From Desulfosudaceae bacterium (lineage in GTDB: Bacteria; Desulfobacterota; Desulfobacteria; Desulfobacterales; Desulfosudaceae): a DNA stretch of 64,000 nt. Shown here one piece after another: positions 20,223 to 30,924 of this stretch (the stretch's first letter is position 1; each line of letters begins with the position of its first letter). The stretch spans positions 1,472,001 to 1,536,000 of the forward strand of contig CAXXDV010000003.1 in the NCBI GenBank assembly GCA_963674745.2, given 5' to 3'. Below the pieces are notes generated by a model. The model was not told where the DNA came from, did not search any database, and saw only the letters and a program-made list of their open reading frames with translations. The position numbers and the translations under genes were made by a program.

Positions 20223-21998
20223 ATGTCCATCTGGATTGTAACGGCCATTCTGATCATCGCGCTCGTCCTTCTGGTTTCGGAAAAAATATCAGTCGACCGG
20301 ACCGCCATCGGCCTTATGGCCGTTCTTGCCATTAGCGGTATCCTGACACCGAAAGAGGCGGTGGAAGGCTTTGCCAACCCTGCCGTGATAACCGTAGGCG
20401 CCATGTTCCTGATCAGCCGTGGCTTGATCCGGACCGGCGCCGTTGGTTTCATCACGGAATATGTTCTTCGTTTTTCCCGGGGAAACAGCACCATTGCGTT
20501 TATAACCGTCCTTCTGACCGTGGGGTGTGCGTCCGCCTTTATTAACAATACACCCGTGGTGGTACTGTTCATACCGATTGTCATGAGCCTGAGCTGCGAG
20601 TATGATCTCAGCCCCTCTAAGCTGCTAATCCCGATTTCCTATATGTCAATTCTGGCGGGAACATGCACGCTGGTAGGGACATCCACCAACATTATCGTCA
20701 GTGACCTGAGCGCGATTTACGGTTATGGAGAACTCGGCATGTTTGAGCTGACAATCCTGGGACTCCCCATTGCGATAGTAGGCCTCATCTTTTTATGGCT
20801 GGCATCAAAACGCCTGATGCCCGGACATGCGGCGCCGGTATGCGAAATCGAAGAGCGGGAAGACAAGCGTTACCTGGCCCAGTTTCTGGTTCCTCCGGAC
20901 AGCCAGTTGATCGGTCAAAGCCTTCCTGAAGTTATTCAGGAAAAGTATCCGTCATTAAAGCTCATCGAAATTGTGAGACAATCCCGCTTTATCAATCCGG
21001 CCGGCGCGTCTACCCTTCTTCTGGAAGGTGATATTTTGCTGGTAAAAGGATCCGCCGATGATCTGGTCGCCATGCTTCAAAGCGAAACGGTCGTGCTGCC
21101 GCACAGCGAGGAAGAGGTCCAATTTTCCTCGGATATGGAAAACAACCTGTTCGTTGAACTGATCGTTCCGCCCCAGTCATCGGTGATCCGGGACAAGCTT
21201 CTTTCCACCCGTCTTCATGGTGACCCGGATATTCAAATCATCGCGGTCAAAAGCCGGCGCCTGCATTATTCGGAGCAGAAAATTCAAAATGTTACCCTGC
21301 GGATCGGCGATATTATCCTGGTCCGTTGTTCCAAGAAAAAACTGGATCAGTTAAGATCCAGCGGCGAGTACATCATCGTTGAGGACGTCCATCACACCCT
21401 CATTGACAAGAGCAAAGCCCGTATGGCTTTTCTGATCTTTGCCGGTATCATTGTAACAGCGACTTCGGGACTCGCTGATATTATGACATGCGCCCTGACC
21501 GGCGTTTTTCTGATGGCCGTTTTGGGATGTTTGAGCCTGCGGGACGCTTATCGGGCACTTGAGCCGGAAGTGCTGCTCCTGATTATCAGCATGATCGCCA
21601 TGGGGAACGCCATTGGGAAAACAGGCGCGACTCAGTTATATGCCGAAAATTTTTTACGCCTGTTTCAGGGCCTGGGACCCGAATTCGTGCTCTTCGGGAT
21701 AATCCTCCTGACCAGCATCAGCACACAGCTTTTGAGCAACAATGCAACTGCCGTGCTTCTCCTGCCCATCGCTATCTCGACCGCCATTACGTTAGGCGTC
21801 AATCCCAAACCCTTTATCATCGGGATCTGTTTCGGCGCAAGCGCCTGCTTTGCCACGCCGCTGGGGTACCAGACCAACCTGCTGGTTTACGGTCCCGGCG
21901 GATATCATTTCAGCGACTACCTTAAAATGGGCATTCCCCTGAACATCCTCGTAATATTGATGGGTTCGTTCTTTATACCCTTAATCTGGGCGTTTTAA
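20223..21998 (+). CDS. SLC13/di-tricarboxylate-type permease with TrkA-C domains
   Basis: SAFINNTPVV, GTCTLVGTSTN, SNNATAV, TPLGYQTNLLVYGPGGY motifs; central soluble TrkA-C repeats. Confidence 0.92.
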   Translation: MSIWIVTAILIIALVLLVSEKISVDRTAIGLMAVLAISGILTPKEAVEGFANPAVITVGAMFLISRGLIRTGAVGFITEYVLRFSRGNSTIAFITVLLTVGCASAFINNTPVVVLFIPIVMSLSCEYDLSPSKLLIPISYMSILAGTCTLVGTSTNIIVSDLSAIYGYGELGMFELTILGLPIAIVGLIFLWLASKRLMPGHAAPVCEIEEREDKRYLAQFLVPPDSQLIGQSLPEVIQEKYPSLKLIEIVRQSRFINPAGASTLLLEGDILLVKGSADDLVAMLQSETVVLPHSEEEVQFSSDMENNLFVELIVPPQSSVIRDKLLSTRLHGDPDIQIIAVKSRRLHYSEQKIQNVTLRIGDIILVRCSKKKLDQLRSSGEYIIVEDVHHTLIDKSKARMAFLIFAGIIVTATSGLADIMTCALTGVFLMAVLGCLSLRDAYRALEPEVLLLIISMIAMGNAIGKTGATQLYAENFLRLFQGLGPEFVLFGIILLTSISTQLLSNNATAVLLLPIAISTAITLGVNPKPFIIGICFGASACFATPLGYQTNLLVYGPGGYHFSDYLKMGIPLNILVILMGSFFIPLIWAF

Positions 21999-22102
21999 AT
22001 TCCGAGTTTTTCTGTAGTCTTTTGGCTTTCAATGAGCAGTGAATTAGGGTATCGTTTTAGAGCGGTTGATCGCACATAACAACAGCTTAAACGGAGTGGG
22101 AT

Positions 22103-23260
22103 ATGAATAAATGCCGTAGAACGCTGCTTCTGTCCGCAACATTTTCAATTCTGTTTTCCTTTTTACCGGCCGGGGTTTTTGCCGTTCCCGTACCCGATAC
22201 CGGGCAGACGGCATGTTATGATGATGCCGGTGATGCCATCACCTGCCCCTCTTCCGGGCAACCGTTTTACGGTCAGGACGGAAATTACACCATCAATCCC
22301 ATGACTTTTACCAAACTGAATGGTGCGGGCAAGGCCCTGCCCGCTGATGCGGACGCCTGGGTCCTGGTGAAGGACAATGTCACCGGCCTGATCTGGGAGG
22401 TCAAACAGGACAAGGATGGGACGGAGGATTACACCAACCCCCATGACGCCGACAACATCTATACCTGGTATGATTCCAACCCGGCCACTAACGGCGGCGA
22501 TGCCGGTTTAGCCGGCGATGGAACCGACACCGAAGATTTCATAAAGGCCTTAAACGCGGCCGATTACGGCGGCTATAATGACTGGCGGCTGCCCACGGCC
22601 AGGGAACTGGAATCCATTATCGATTGCGGCACCGCCTTCCCTGCCCCGTCGGTTAACGCGGCCTATTTCCCGAATACGGCCGAGTCCTGGTACCGGTCGT
22701 CCACGACCGTGGCTGATGACAACACCGTTCCCATAGACGTCTCCTTTTTTTATGGCCTCGGCGTTTATTACTTTTCAAAAGCGTATGCCTATTCGGCGCG
22801 GGCTGTGCGGGGCGGCGGACCGACAAAGCCCCTGGTTGTCAACAAGAATGGCACCGTAACAGATCCGGAATCCGGGTTGATGTGGCAGCAAGCCCCGCCG
22901 ACAGGGAACTTCACCTGGCAGCAGGCCCTGAATTATGCCGAAAACCTTTCGCTGGCAGGACACAAGGACTGGCGTCTGCCGACAATCAAAGAGTTACAGA
23001 CCATAGCCAATCTTGCCGGAGACCCGGCCGTTAACCAGGCGTTTCCGGATATGGCGAACCCGCCGGAGACCCCATTCCTGTCATCAACGTCCTGGACGCC
23101 GGATACAAGTTACGTCTGGGCCGTGTCCTTTGGCCAGGACATCGGCCAGCCTTACGTAAAAAACGATACCGGCAATGTCCTTGCCGTACGCGGGGGAAAG
23201 GCCGGGTCTGATGATGATGACTGCTGCGGATGTTTTATCCAGACGATGTCTGTCAAATAA
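22103..23260 (+). CDS. Secreted DUF1566 (Lcl C-terminal) repeat protein with C-terminal GCFI tail
   Basis: Signal peptide, PDTGQT.CY, two DUF1566 units (D..TGLIWE/SGLMWQ...DWRLPT..EL...VRG), tail GSDDDDCCGCFIQTM. Confidence 0.85.
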   Translation: MNKCRRTLLLSATFSILFSFLPAGVFAVPVPDTGQTACYDDAGDAITCPSSGQPFYGQDGNYTINPMTFTKLNGAGKALPADADAWVLVKDNVTGLIWEVKQDKDGTEDYTNPHDADNIYTWYDSNPATNGGDAGLAGDGTDTEDFIKALNAADYGGYNDWRLPTARELESIIDCGTAFPAPSVNAAYFPNTAESWYRSSTTVADDNTVPIDVSFFYGLGVYYFSKAYAYSARAVRGGGPTKPLVVNKNGTVTDPESGLMWQQAPPTGNFTWQQALNYAENLSLAGHKDWRLPTIKELQTIANLAGDPAVNQAFPDMANPPETPFLSSTSWTPDTSYVWAVSFGQDIGQPYVKNDTGNVLAVRGGKAGSDDDDCCGCFIQTMSVK

Positions 23261-23296
23261 CCCCTTTACCACTATCATCATCAAGGAAAAAAAACT

Positions 23297-23656
23297 ATGA
23301 AGATCGCTTTACCCTCACGTAACAATGAAATTGACGAACACTTCGGGCACTGTGACCACTTCACGGTGTACACAATCGACGACCGGAATAAAATCATATC
23401 TGAGGAAAAGGTGGCCTCACCCGCGGGATGTGGCTGCAAATCGGATATCGCACAGACACTGGCGGAAAAAGGCGTTAAAGTTCTTTTGGCAGGCAACATG
23501 GGCCAGGGCGCGGTTAATGTTTTAAACCGTCAGGGCATTGAGGTTCTGCGCGGCTGTTCGGGTGACGTGAAAGCAGTGGCAGAAAAATGGCTTGCGGGCG
23601 ATCTTAAGGATTCGGGGTTTACCTGCGTCAATCATGAACATGGCTGCCATGAATAA
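23297..23656 (+). CDS. NifB/NifX-family Mo-Fe cluster-binding protein
   Basis: MKIALP...HFGHCDHF, GCGCKS, LAGNMGQGA, C-terminal CxxHxHxC. Confidence 0.88.
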   Translation: MKIALPSRNNEIDEHFGHCDHFTVYTIDDRNKIISEEKVASPAGCGCKSDIAQTLAEKGVKVLLAGNMGQGAVNVLNRQGIEVLRGCSGDVKAVAEKWLAGDLKDSGFTCVNHEHGCHE

Positions 23657-23696
23657 CCGCGGATGTTGAATCCCGGGAATCCCAATCCCGGGCACA

Positions 23697-24390
23697 GTGC
23701 TTATTCGGTCCACTCCTCCCCTTTTCAGACATGTTGATGATACCGGCCCCGTTGTGAACATGGCGGAACTGGTCGGGCACGCTGCCGTAAGATTTGTCGC
23801 TTCTGATACGCGGCGGGGTAAAATGCCGCCAAAAGAACTTGAAAAATGTCTGGACCTGACCAGACGGTCATTTGATGAGGGGGCGTGTGGATTAAGCTTC
23901 GGGCTCGGGTATGACCCGGGGATGTATTCTCCTCTTGAAGAACTGGAGGCCTTCTGCGCGGTCGCCGCCAAAGCCGGGAAACCGGTTGCCGTTCATATGA
24001 AGGCGCTTTCATGGATGTCCCCGTGTTACCCGCCTGCTACGCTTAAGGCACATAATGTCCTGGCCCTTGAACAGATGCTTGACCTGGCAGGGAAAACAGG
24101 CGTTCGGTTGCAGTTATCTCATTTTATTTTTGTCGGACGGCGAACCTGGCCGACTGCTGACCGGTGTATCCACCGGTTATCCGAATCCTGCCAGCATGGG
24201 AACGTTTCCAAAGATTCTGGGGAAATATGTGCGTGATAAAAAAATGCTTCGCCTTGAAGATGCGGTAAAAAGAATGACATCGGCAAGTGCCCAACGGTTT
24301 GGTTTAACCGGCACCGGTTCTTTAGAACCGGGCAAAGCTTCAGATATTGTGCTTTTTGACCCGGCATGCAGCCGGATAGCGCCAATTTGA
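23697..24390 (+). pseudogene. Fragmented N-acyl-D-amino-acid deacylase (amidohydrolase)
   Basis: VNMAELVGHAAVR, GLSFGLGYDPG, QLSH in one frame; jumps near 24170 into another frame GYPNPASMGTFPKILG...AVKRMTS...G.LEPGKASDIVLFDP; N-terminal HxH region and middle missing. Confidence 0.8.
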
Positions 24391-24514
24391 TCCCTGAAAA
24401 AAACATTTGCTTTCACTGCGGAAAATGATAAGGTCCAGCCTGCTTTTGAACTTTGAGCCACAGGATGCGCTCCTGTGGTTTTTTTATTTAACAAAAGATG
24501 GGGACAAAACAACA

Positions 24515-26140
24515 ATGATTTGCGCAACCAACGTGACCCTCGCCTACGGCAAGAGGGTTCTGTTCAAAGACGTCAATATAAAGTTTACACCGGGTAACTG
24601 TTATGGACTCATCGGCGCGAACGGCGCAGGAAAGTCCACATTTCTGCAAATTCTTTCCGGGAATATCGAGCCGGACTCGGGAACTGTCTCAGTTGGATCA
24701 AGGGAGCGAATCGCGGTTTTAAAGCAGGACCACTTTGCCTTTGACGAGGATACGGTTTTAAACACTGTGCTCATGGGCCATGAAAAGCTTTACAAAATTA
24801 TGGCAGAGAGGGAAGCGCTTTATGCCAGGCCCAATTTTTCCGTAGAAGATGGAATCAGGTCAGGTGAGATTGAAGTCGAATTCGAGGAGATGAACGGCTA
24901 TGAGGCAGAGTCTGAAGCGGCGGTCCTCTTAGACAGTCTGGGAGTTGCCGAAGAGATGCACCAAAGAAGGATGAAGGAGCTAGAAGGCGGAGATAAGGTC
25001 CGGGTACTCCTTGCCCAGGCCCTGTTCGGGAACCCGGACGTCCTGCTCCTGGATGAGCCTACCAACAACCTGGACATCAAGTCCATTGCCTGGCTTGAGG
25101 AATTTCTCTACAGGTTCCAGAACACGGTAATCGTGGTATCACATGACCGTCATTTCATGAACCAGGTGTGCACGCACATTGCAGACATTGATTTCGGTAA
25201 GATCGCTGTGTACGTAGGGAACTACGATTTCTGGTACCAGGCCAGCCAGCTGAACCTGAGACAGAAACAGGCGGAAAACAGGAAAATCACGGACCGGGCC
25301 GATGAACTAAAGGCTTTTATCCAGAGGTTCAGTTCCAACGCATCCAAATCGAAGCAGGCCACCTCCCGGAAAAAGCTCTTGGCGAAACTCACCATTGAGG
25401 ACATGCCGGTGTCCTCAAGAAGATACCCGTTTATTCGCTTCAAGCCGGAACGCCCCTGCGGCAACGTGATCCTGGAAGTGGACGGACTCACCAAGACCAT
25501 CGATGGTGAAAAGGTACTGAACAACGTGAGCTTTACTGTGAAAGGCGGGGACAAGATCGCCTTTACGGGCGGGAACAGCCTGGCCAGCACAACCCTCTTC
25601 CAAATCCTGGCAGGCGAGATTGAGCCGGACAGCGGTACTTTCTGCTGGGGACGCACAATTACCCATTCCTATTTCCCCAAGGAACACAGCGTTTATTTCA
25701 ATGGCGACCGGAGCCTTATCGAGTGGTTCCTGCAGTTCGCGCCCCCCACCGAGGGAGAGAGCTTTGCCAGAACCTTCCTGGGACGCATGCTCTTTTCAGG
25801 GGAAGAGGCCATTAAAAAGATCAGTGTGCTATCCGGCGGAGAAAAGGTTCGCTGTATGCTCTCAAGGATGATGCTTTCCGAATCCAATGTCCTGATACTG
25901 GATGAACCCACCAACCACCTGGACCTGGAATCGATCACTGCCCTAAATGATAGCCTGCTCAAATTCCAGGAAGTGATTCTTTTCACCTCCCATGACCATG
26001 AGTTCGTGAATACCGTGGCAAACCGGATCATAGAAATCACCCCAGGCGGCGTCATTGACCGGCTCATGACTTTTGAAGAGTATATTGAAAGTAAGGAAGT
26101 CGCGGATACCCGGGAAGCCATGGCCAGGAAGGCCGCTTAG
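24515..26140 (+). CDS. ABC-F family ATPase (YbiT/YkpA-like)
   Basis: GNCYGLIGANGAGKST, LDEPTNNLD, FSSNASKSKQATSRKK linker, second cassette LSGGEKVR; likely start ATG 24515. Confidence 0.92.
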   Translation: MICATNVTLAYGKRVLFKDVNIKFTPGNCYGLIGANGAGKSTFLQILSGNIEPDSGTVSVGSRERIAVLKQDHFAFDEDTVLNTVLMGHEKLYKIMAEREALYARPNFSVEDGIRSGEIEVEFEEMNGYEAESEAAVLLDSLGVAEEMHQRRMKELEGGDKVRVLLAQALFGNPDVLLLDEPTNNLDIKSIAWLEEFLYRFQNTVIVVSHDRHFMNQVCTHIADIDFGKIAVYVGNYDFWYQASQLNLRQKQAENRKITDRADELKAFIQRFSSNASKSKQATSRKKLLAKLTIEDMPVSSRRYPFIRFKPERPCGNVILEVDGLTKTIDGEKVLNNVSFTVKGGDKIAFTGGNSLASTTLFQILAGEIEPDSGTFCWGRTITHSYFPKEHSVYFNGDRSLIEWFLQFAPPTEGESFARTFLGRMLFSGEEAIKKISVLSGGEKVRCMLSRMMLSESNVLILDEPTNHLDLESITALNDSLLKFQEVILFTSHDHEFVNTVANRIIEITPGGVIDRLMTFEEYIESKEVADTREAMARKAA

Positions 26141-26147
26141 GGGTTAA

Positions 26148-26906
26148 ATGAAACCGACAATAAAATTATCAACCGCCCGGACCCCGGATGGCAGCGAGAT
26201 GGTGCTTTATCAACATGGCTGTGATTTCTCGATCAAGATCAACAATCAGAACTTGATGAGCAGTCGACAACATGAGTCGGAACTCGAACTTGCACGGCTG
26301 GGCTGTGCGCATCTGGCAGGTCACAAGAGACCCAGCATCCTCATCGGCGGATTGGGTATGGGCTATACCCTGCGCCAGGCGCTTGATTTGCTCGGCCCCA
26401 ACGCGAAAATTGTCGTGGGTGAGCTGATGGATTCAGTCGTTAAATGGAACCGGCAGTTTTTTGGTAAACTCAACGGCCAACCGTTGGAGGACAAACGCGT
26501 TAACTTGAAAACAGGCGATATTGTCGAACTTATCTCACGTTCCAAAAGCAGGTTCGATGCGATCCTGCTTGATATCGATAATGGCCCCAGCGCGATGACC
26601 GATTCAGGCAATCGCCGATTATATGGCCTCGGTGGTATTCAAGCCTGCTGCCACGCGCTGCGCGAAAAAGGATGCCTGGCCGTGTGGTCGGCTGTGCCGA
26701 GTAAGAATTTTGAGCAACGCCTGATAAGCTGCGGTTTTCATGTCAGCCGTTTTCGGGTTCCTGCCTACCAAGGAAGCAAATCAGAGTCCCGTTTTGTATT
26801 TGTCGCCTCAGCAGATAAGCGCATCCTGCCCCCGGGTGGCGGCGAGCCGCGCCTCCCGGTCAAGACTGCGTCAAAAAGAACTCGCAGAAGGTTCCGGAAT
26901 GGTTAA
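26148..26906 (+). CDS. Spermidine-synthase-like SAM-dependent methyltransferase
   Basis: LIGGLGMGYTL SAM-binding motif, FDAILLDIDNGP, LAVWS. Confidence 0.85.
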   Translation: MKPTIKLSTARTPDGSEMVLYQHGCDFSIKINNQNLMSSRQHESELELARLGCAHLAGHKRPSILIGGLGMGYTLRQALDLLGPNAKIVVGELMDSVVKWNRQFFGKLNGQPLEDKRVNLKTGDIVELISRSKSRFDAILLDIDNGPSAMTDSGNRRLYGLGGIQACCHALREKGCLAVWSAVPSKNFEQRLISCGFHVSRFRVPAYQGSKSESRFVFVASADKRILPPGGGEPRLPVKTASKRTRRRFRNG

Positions 26907-27233
26907 GATCTTATCAGGCAATAAGAAAGCCTCGGGCACGTTCTCATCCGGGCGCACCGGCATGCTTGACAGGTAAAAACAGGGCACGATTAAAAAGGGC
27001 GCCCCACTCTTCCCCCAAAACCGTTTGACTTTGGCGCGATTTATGTGAAACAACCGTCCTAACCCGGATATTTGAAGAATTTTTCCGACATAATATTGCT
27101 TAATTTCCTTAAAAAAAGTCAATGACTGTTTGTATTTTGAAAAACAGTCCGATATATTAACAACACTCTGTTATATATTGCTTTATTCTCTTTTGTCGGA
27201 AAAGTTCATGAAATATTCGGGCTAAACCACATA

Positions 27234-27584
27234 ATGGAAATGGGGGAAAAGATGGAAACGAAAGACAATCAGCGGGACCGGTTACGTGTACCTTTTGTGA
27301 CGGAGGTGCTTCTCAAATTTGACCAACTTGATACCATTATATCCGCCAAAATGAAAAACATCAGCATGAACGGCATTTATGTGGAAACCGACCGAAAAGT
27401 GCCGGAAAAAACCCCGTGCCAGGTTGAGGTCATCCTCAAAGCGGAGCACAGCCGGCTCACCATGGAAACCGAAGGGTTTGTTTCCCGGCAGGACCCTGAT
27501 GGTCTCGGCATCCGGTTTTCATACGACAATGAATGGTTCTCACTGTTTGCGGTGTTTGAACATTATGGTCGCACGGATAAGTAA
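27234..27584 (+). CDS. PilZ domain protein
   Basis: QRDRLRVP (RxxxR) and NISMNG (D/NxSxxG) motifs, GLGIRF; start may be 27252. Confidence 0.85.
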   Translation: MEMGEKMETKDNQRDRLRVPFVTEVLLKFDQLDTIISAKMKNISMNGIYVETDRKVPEKTPCQVEVILKAEHSRLTMETEGFVSRQDPDGLGIRFSYDNEWFSLFAVFEHYGRTDK

Positions 27585-27643
27585 TCCGTCCGAGCACCTG
27601 ACTGCCACCTATAATGAACCCACTTTGAGTGAGCGTTCCAAAC

Positions 27644-28261
27644 ATGCTAATGATCCGGCTTGATGTCTGGCTGACATTACCATCAGGGGAAAGTGTCAAG
27701 GCGGGCAGCCTGGTTGTCGCTGATCCTGACACTGCGAAAGGTGGACGGTTGCAGGGACAGTTCCGCTACACTCCCGGATACCTGGAACACCCCGGGGCTT
27801 TTGCCCTCGATCCCCTCAACCTGCCTTTGTCCGCGGAAAACTTTGATGCCAACCGCCCCCGGGCCGGCGTCCATGGCGTTTTTGAAGACAGCTTGCCGGA
27901 TGACTGGGGTCGGAGGCTCATGATCCGCCGTTACAATCTAAATCGCGATGAAGCGCGTGTCCCCAATCTATTACGGCTGCTGGGCGGCAAGGGGTTGGGA
28001 CCGCCGAATCTTGAAACGCTGCTGACCGAATCAAAGTACTTTGGAATCAAAAGACGGCAGGAAGCACTAAATAAAATTATGGAAATTCATGCAGCCGTCT
28101 TGCAATGGCCCGACATTTTCAGAGAATGCCATGTACCGGCAAGGGATGGTCTTGGACCGACCCCAAAAACTATCTTCTACGGCCTACCATCAAGCTTGTG
28201 GCAAACATATGGTGCTATCCCTCATGGATACTGTTGTGGTATGCTACCCTTAAGTACATGA
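27644..28261 (+). pseudogene. hipA: Internally deleted HipA-family toxin
   Basis: HipA N-terminal (FRY...LDPLNLPL...FEDSLPDDWGRRL...GLG) joined directly near 28000 to a C-terminal helix segment; the kinase core is absent. Confidence 0.75.
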
Positions 28262-28307
28262 AGCATCTTCAGTGAGAGAGGGCCTTGAGACAATAGGAAT
28301 TATTTTC

Positions 28308-29507
28308 ATGAAGACAAATGATTCAATTTTATTCAGTCCCGGGAAGATCGGCGACATAACGATCAAGAACCGGTTTGTCCGTTCTGCAACATTTGAGAGC
28401 GTCGCCAATGATGACGGCTCGGCAACCGGGGCATATCAGAAAATCTATGAATCGCTGGCGCGGGGTCATACCGGCCTGATCATTACGGGCATGATATACA
28501 CCGCCACAAGCGGTAAAAGCTTTGTCAAACAAATCGGCCTTCACAGCGACAAGACAATTGATCGCCTTTCGGCAGTGACCGAAGCGGTACACCGGCATGG
28601 ATCCGTCATTTTCGCTCAACTGGTCCACGGCGGGCGTCAGACCCAGCTCCAGGGCATGCGCCCCAAGGCACCGTCTGCCGCCAGGCCGGATCTGATTTAT
28701 CAGGTGTATCCGCGTGCCATGAGGTATGAAGAAATTGTCGAAGCGGTGAAGGGGTTCGGGGAGGCGGCAAAAAGGGCCCAAAAAGCAGGGTTTGACGGTA
28801 TTCAGATTCATGGCGCCCATGGTTATCTGGTAAGTGAATTTCTTTCTCCCTTTTTTAATCGGCGAAACGATGAATGGGGCGGCAGCCCGGAAAAGTGGTT
28901 TCTCTTCCTGAAAAGGGTTTACGAGACGATACGGGAGGCTGTCGGGGCGGATTATCCCGTTACCGTGAAGATCAATGCGGACGACCATACGCCAAAGCCG
29001 GGTTTGTCCATTGAAGAGGTTACCGGGCATGTCAAGCGGCTGGTGGAATTGGGCATTGACGCGGTTGAGATTTCCTGCGGAACACTCTCCTTTTCCATGT
29101 TCAAGCAGATCCGCGGCAATGTGCAGGACAAGGCCTTTGCAAAAACAAAACCGTTACTGCTACAACCGTTTGCCGGCTTTTTGCTGAGAAACGTTTTCCC
29201 GGAAAAGCGATTTACCTTTGAAGAGGCCTACAATCTTTGGGCCTGCCGTTACCTTAAAGCGCCCATGGGGAAGGTTCCGCTCATTCTTGTCGGCGGGATG
29301 CGCAATTTTCAGGGAATGGAAAAGATAGTGAAGGAAGGCGAAGCGGATTTTATATCCATGTCCCGTCCATTTATCGCACAGCCCATGCTCGTTAAGCAAT
29401 GGGAGGAAGGCAATGAAAAACCGCCGGTGTGCATCAACTGCAACAATTGCCTGGGCGCCCTGGCATTGCATGAGCCATTACGTTGTGACAGGAACCGGAA
29501 ATTCTAA
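28308..29507 (+). CDS. NADH:flavin oxidoreductase (Old Yellow Enzyme family)
   Basis: NRFVRSATFE, QLVHGGR, GFDGIQIHGAHGYL, SPFFNRRNDEWGGS, C-terminal CINCNNC. Confidence 0.93.
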   Translation: MKTNDSILFSPGKIGDITIKNRFVRSATFESVANDDGSATGAYQKIYESLARGHTGLIITGMIYTATSGKSFVKQIGLHSDKTIDRLSAVTEAVHRHGSVIFAQLVHGGRQTQLQGMRPKAPSAARPDLIYQVYPRAMRYEEIVEAVKGFGEAAKRAQKAGFDGIQIHGAHGYLVSEFLSPFFNRRNDEWGGSPEKWFLFLKRVYETIREAVGADYPVTVKINADDHTPKPGLSIEEVTGHVKRLVELGIDAVEISCGTLSFSMFKQIRGNVQDKAFAKTKPLLLQPFAGFLLRNVFPEKRFTFEEAYNLWACRYLKAPMGKVPLILVGGMRNFQGMEKIVKEGEADFISMSRPFIAQPMLVKQWEEGNEKPPVCINCNNCLGALALHEPLRCDRNRKF

Positions 29508-29646
29508 AAGAGTGATTTGCGGGGACATTATATCTGTTTCAATTCTGTTTATCGCGGGAACAAGTATACTACCCCCTGATTCCCACCTTGCCCAAAGGGC
29601 AAGGGTTTCTATAATCGGACTAAAAAAGTTACGGGGCTTATAATAC

Positions 29647-30828
29647 ATGCCAGGATATACAAACGACTTTCTGGTCGAGAACTGTAATCAATGCGGCAAA
29701 TGCCTCTCCGGATGTCACTACGGCGTCTTTACGGCCAAGCAGGCCCGGGAAGTCATGCTGAAAATAACGGCAGCGCCGCAATGGGTTCCGGAACTGGCCG
29801 GCTGCATCCGCTGCGGCAAATGCGATCACCGCTGTCCCGATGATGCCCGGCCCAGCCACCTGATTCGGGAGTGTTGTGCAATGAAACGACGCGCCGATGG
29901 CAAAATCCCCTCTTCCATGGCTTACGCCATCAACGGTATGGGGCCGGAAGGATGGGGGCCGAATTTCTTTACGGATGTATACAAGGGCCTTGGCCCGGCG
30001 GACAAAAAAATCCTGCGCGATTGGGCGGCGCCCAAACAAAGCAAAGACCTCATCTTTGTCGGTTGTACCGACCGCATGATGCCGGCCGCGGTGGAGGGTT
30101 CTTTTGTTCTCCGCAACGCAGCCAAATTCGGTGGCCCGGACGATTGCTGCGGCGTCTGGGCCATCCAGGCCGGGCTGTTTGAGGAAGGCTATCGGATTGC
30201 CGAACGGCTCATCAACCGCCTCAAGGAAAATCGCTTCGACCGCCTTGTCGTCGGCTGCGGCCATTGCCAGAAAGTGCTCACCCGGATCCTGCCCGAAATG
30301 TTCAGCCTTGAACCGTCGTTTCCCATCATCAGCCTTTATGAATACTTTCTTGAATTGATCGAAAAAGGTCTCGCGAGCGTCACCCGCCCCCTGCGCGCTG
30401 AAGCGGCCATATCGGATGCCTGTTTCGGGTATGAGAACGGGACCGCTTACCTGGACGCGCTCCGCCATCTGGCCGCAGCCATCGGCCTGACCGTTTCCGA
30501 ATTGCCACACAACCGGGATGACGCCCTCTGCTGCGGATACGGTGGATTGTTCAATGACGGTAAAATAGCCGGGGTCATGAAAACGGCAATGATCAAGCGC
30601 AAGGACCTTGCGGCAAGCGGAAGGAAGCATGTGATCAGCTATTGCCCGGGGTGCCATCTTATGAACCACTATTTCCAGCCGGGATATAAATCTCATTATC
30701 TTCTGGAAGACGTTCTCACAGCCCTGGGGGACCCGGTCACCGCTCCGTTTTCCATTTTTTACAGGCGCCTGGCCCGGCCACGAATGGCCTGGGACCTCCT
30801 AAAAGTTTCTCCAAGCGCACTTCTGTAA
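29647..30828 (+). CDS. Fe-S oxidoreductase (4Fe-4S dicluster + CCG domains; HdrD/GlpC-like)
   Basis: CNQCGKCLSGC, CIRCGKCDHRCP, DCCG, CGHC, LCCG, CPGC. Confidence 0.88.
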   Translation: MPGYTNDFLVENCNQCGKCLSGCHYGVFTAKQAREVMLKITAAPQWVPELAGCIRCGKCDHRCPDDARPSHLIRECCAMKRRADGKIPSSMAYAINGMGPEGWGPNFFTDVYKGLGPADKKILRDWAAPKQSKDLIFVGCTDRMMPAAVEGSFVLRNAAKFGGPDDCCGVWAIQAGLFEEGYRIAERLINRLKENRFDRLVVGCGHCQKVLTRILPEMFSLEPSFPIISLYEYFLELIEKGLASVTRPLRAEAAISDACFGYENGTAYLDALRHLAAAIGLTVSELPHNRDDALCCGYGGLFNDGKIAGVMKTAMIKRKDLAASGRKHVISYCPGCHLMNHYFQPGYKSHYLLEDVLTALGDPVTAPFSIFYRRLARPRMAWDLLKVSPSALL

Positions 30829-30924
30829 AGTTAGGGGATCCAACTCCCCATCTTCATCCATTTAATCTTAGTTTAACCTGCAGGAAATAAGTATAATGTC
30901 CCCGGATTTCGGCCGGATTTCGGC

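Noticed and set aside
24407..24514. N-terminal extension of ABC-F ORF
   Set aside because: Family homology begins at ATG 24515.
29638..30696. 352-aa - strand ORF
   Set aside because: Antisense to a clear Fe-S/CCG protein; no recognisable features.
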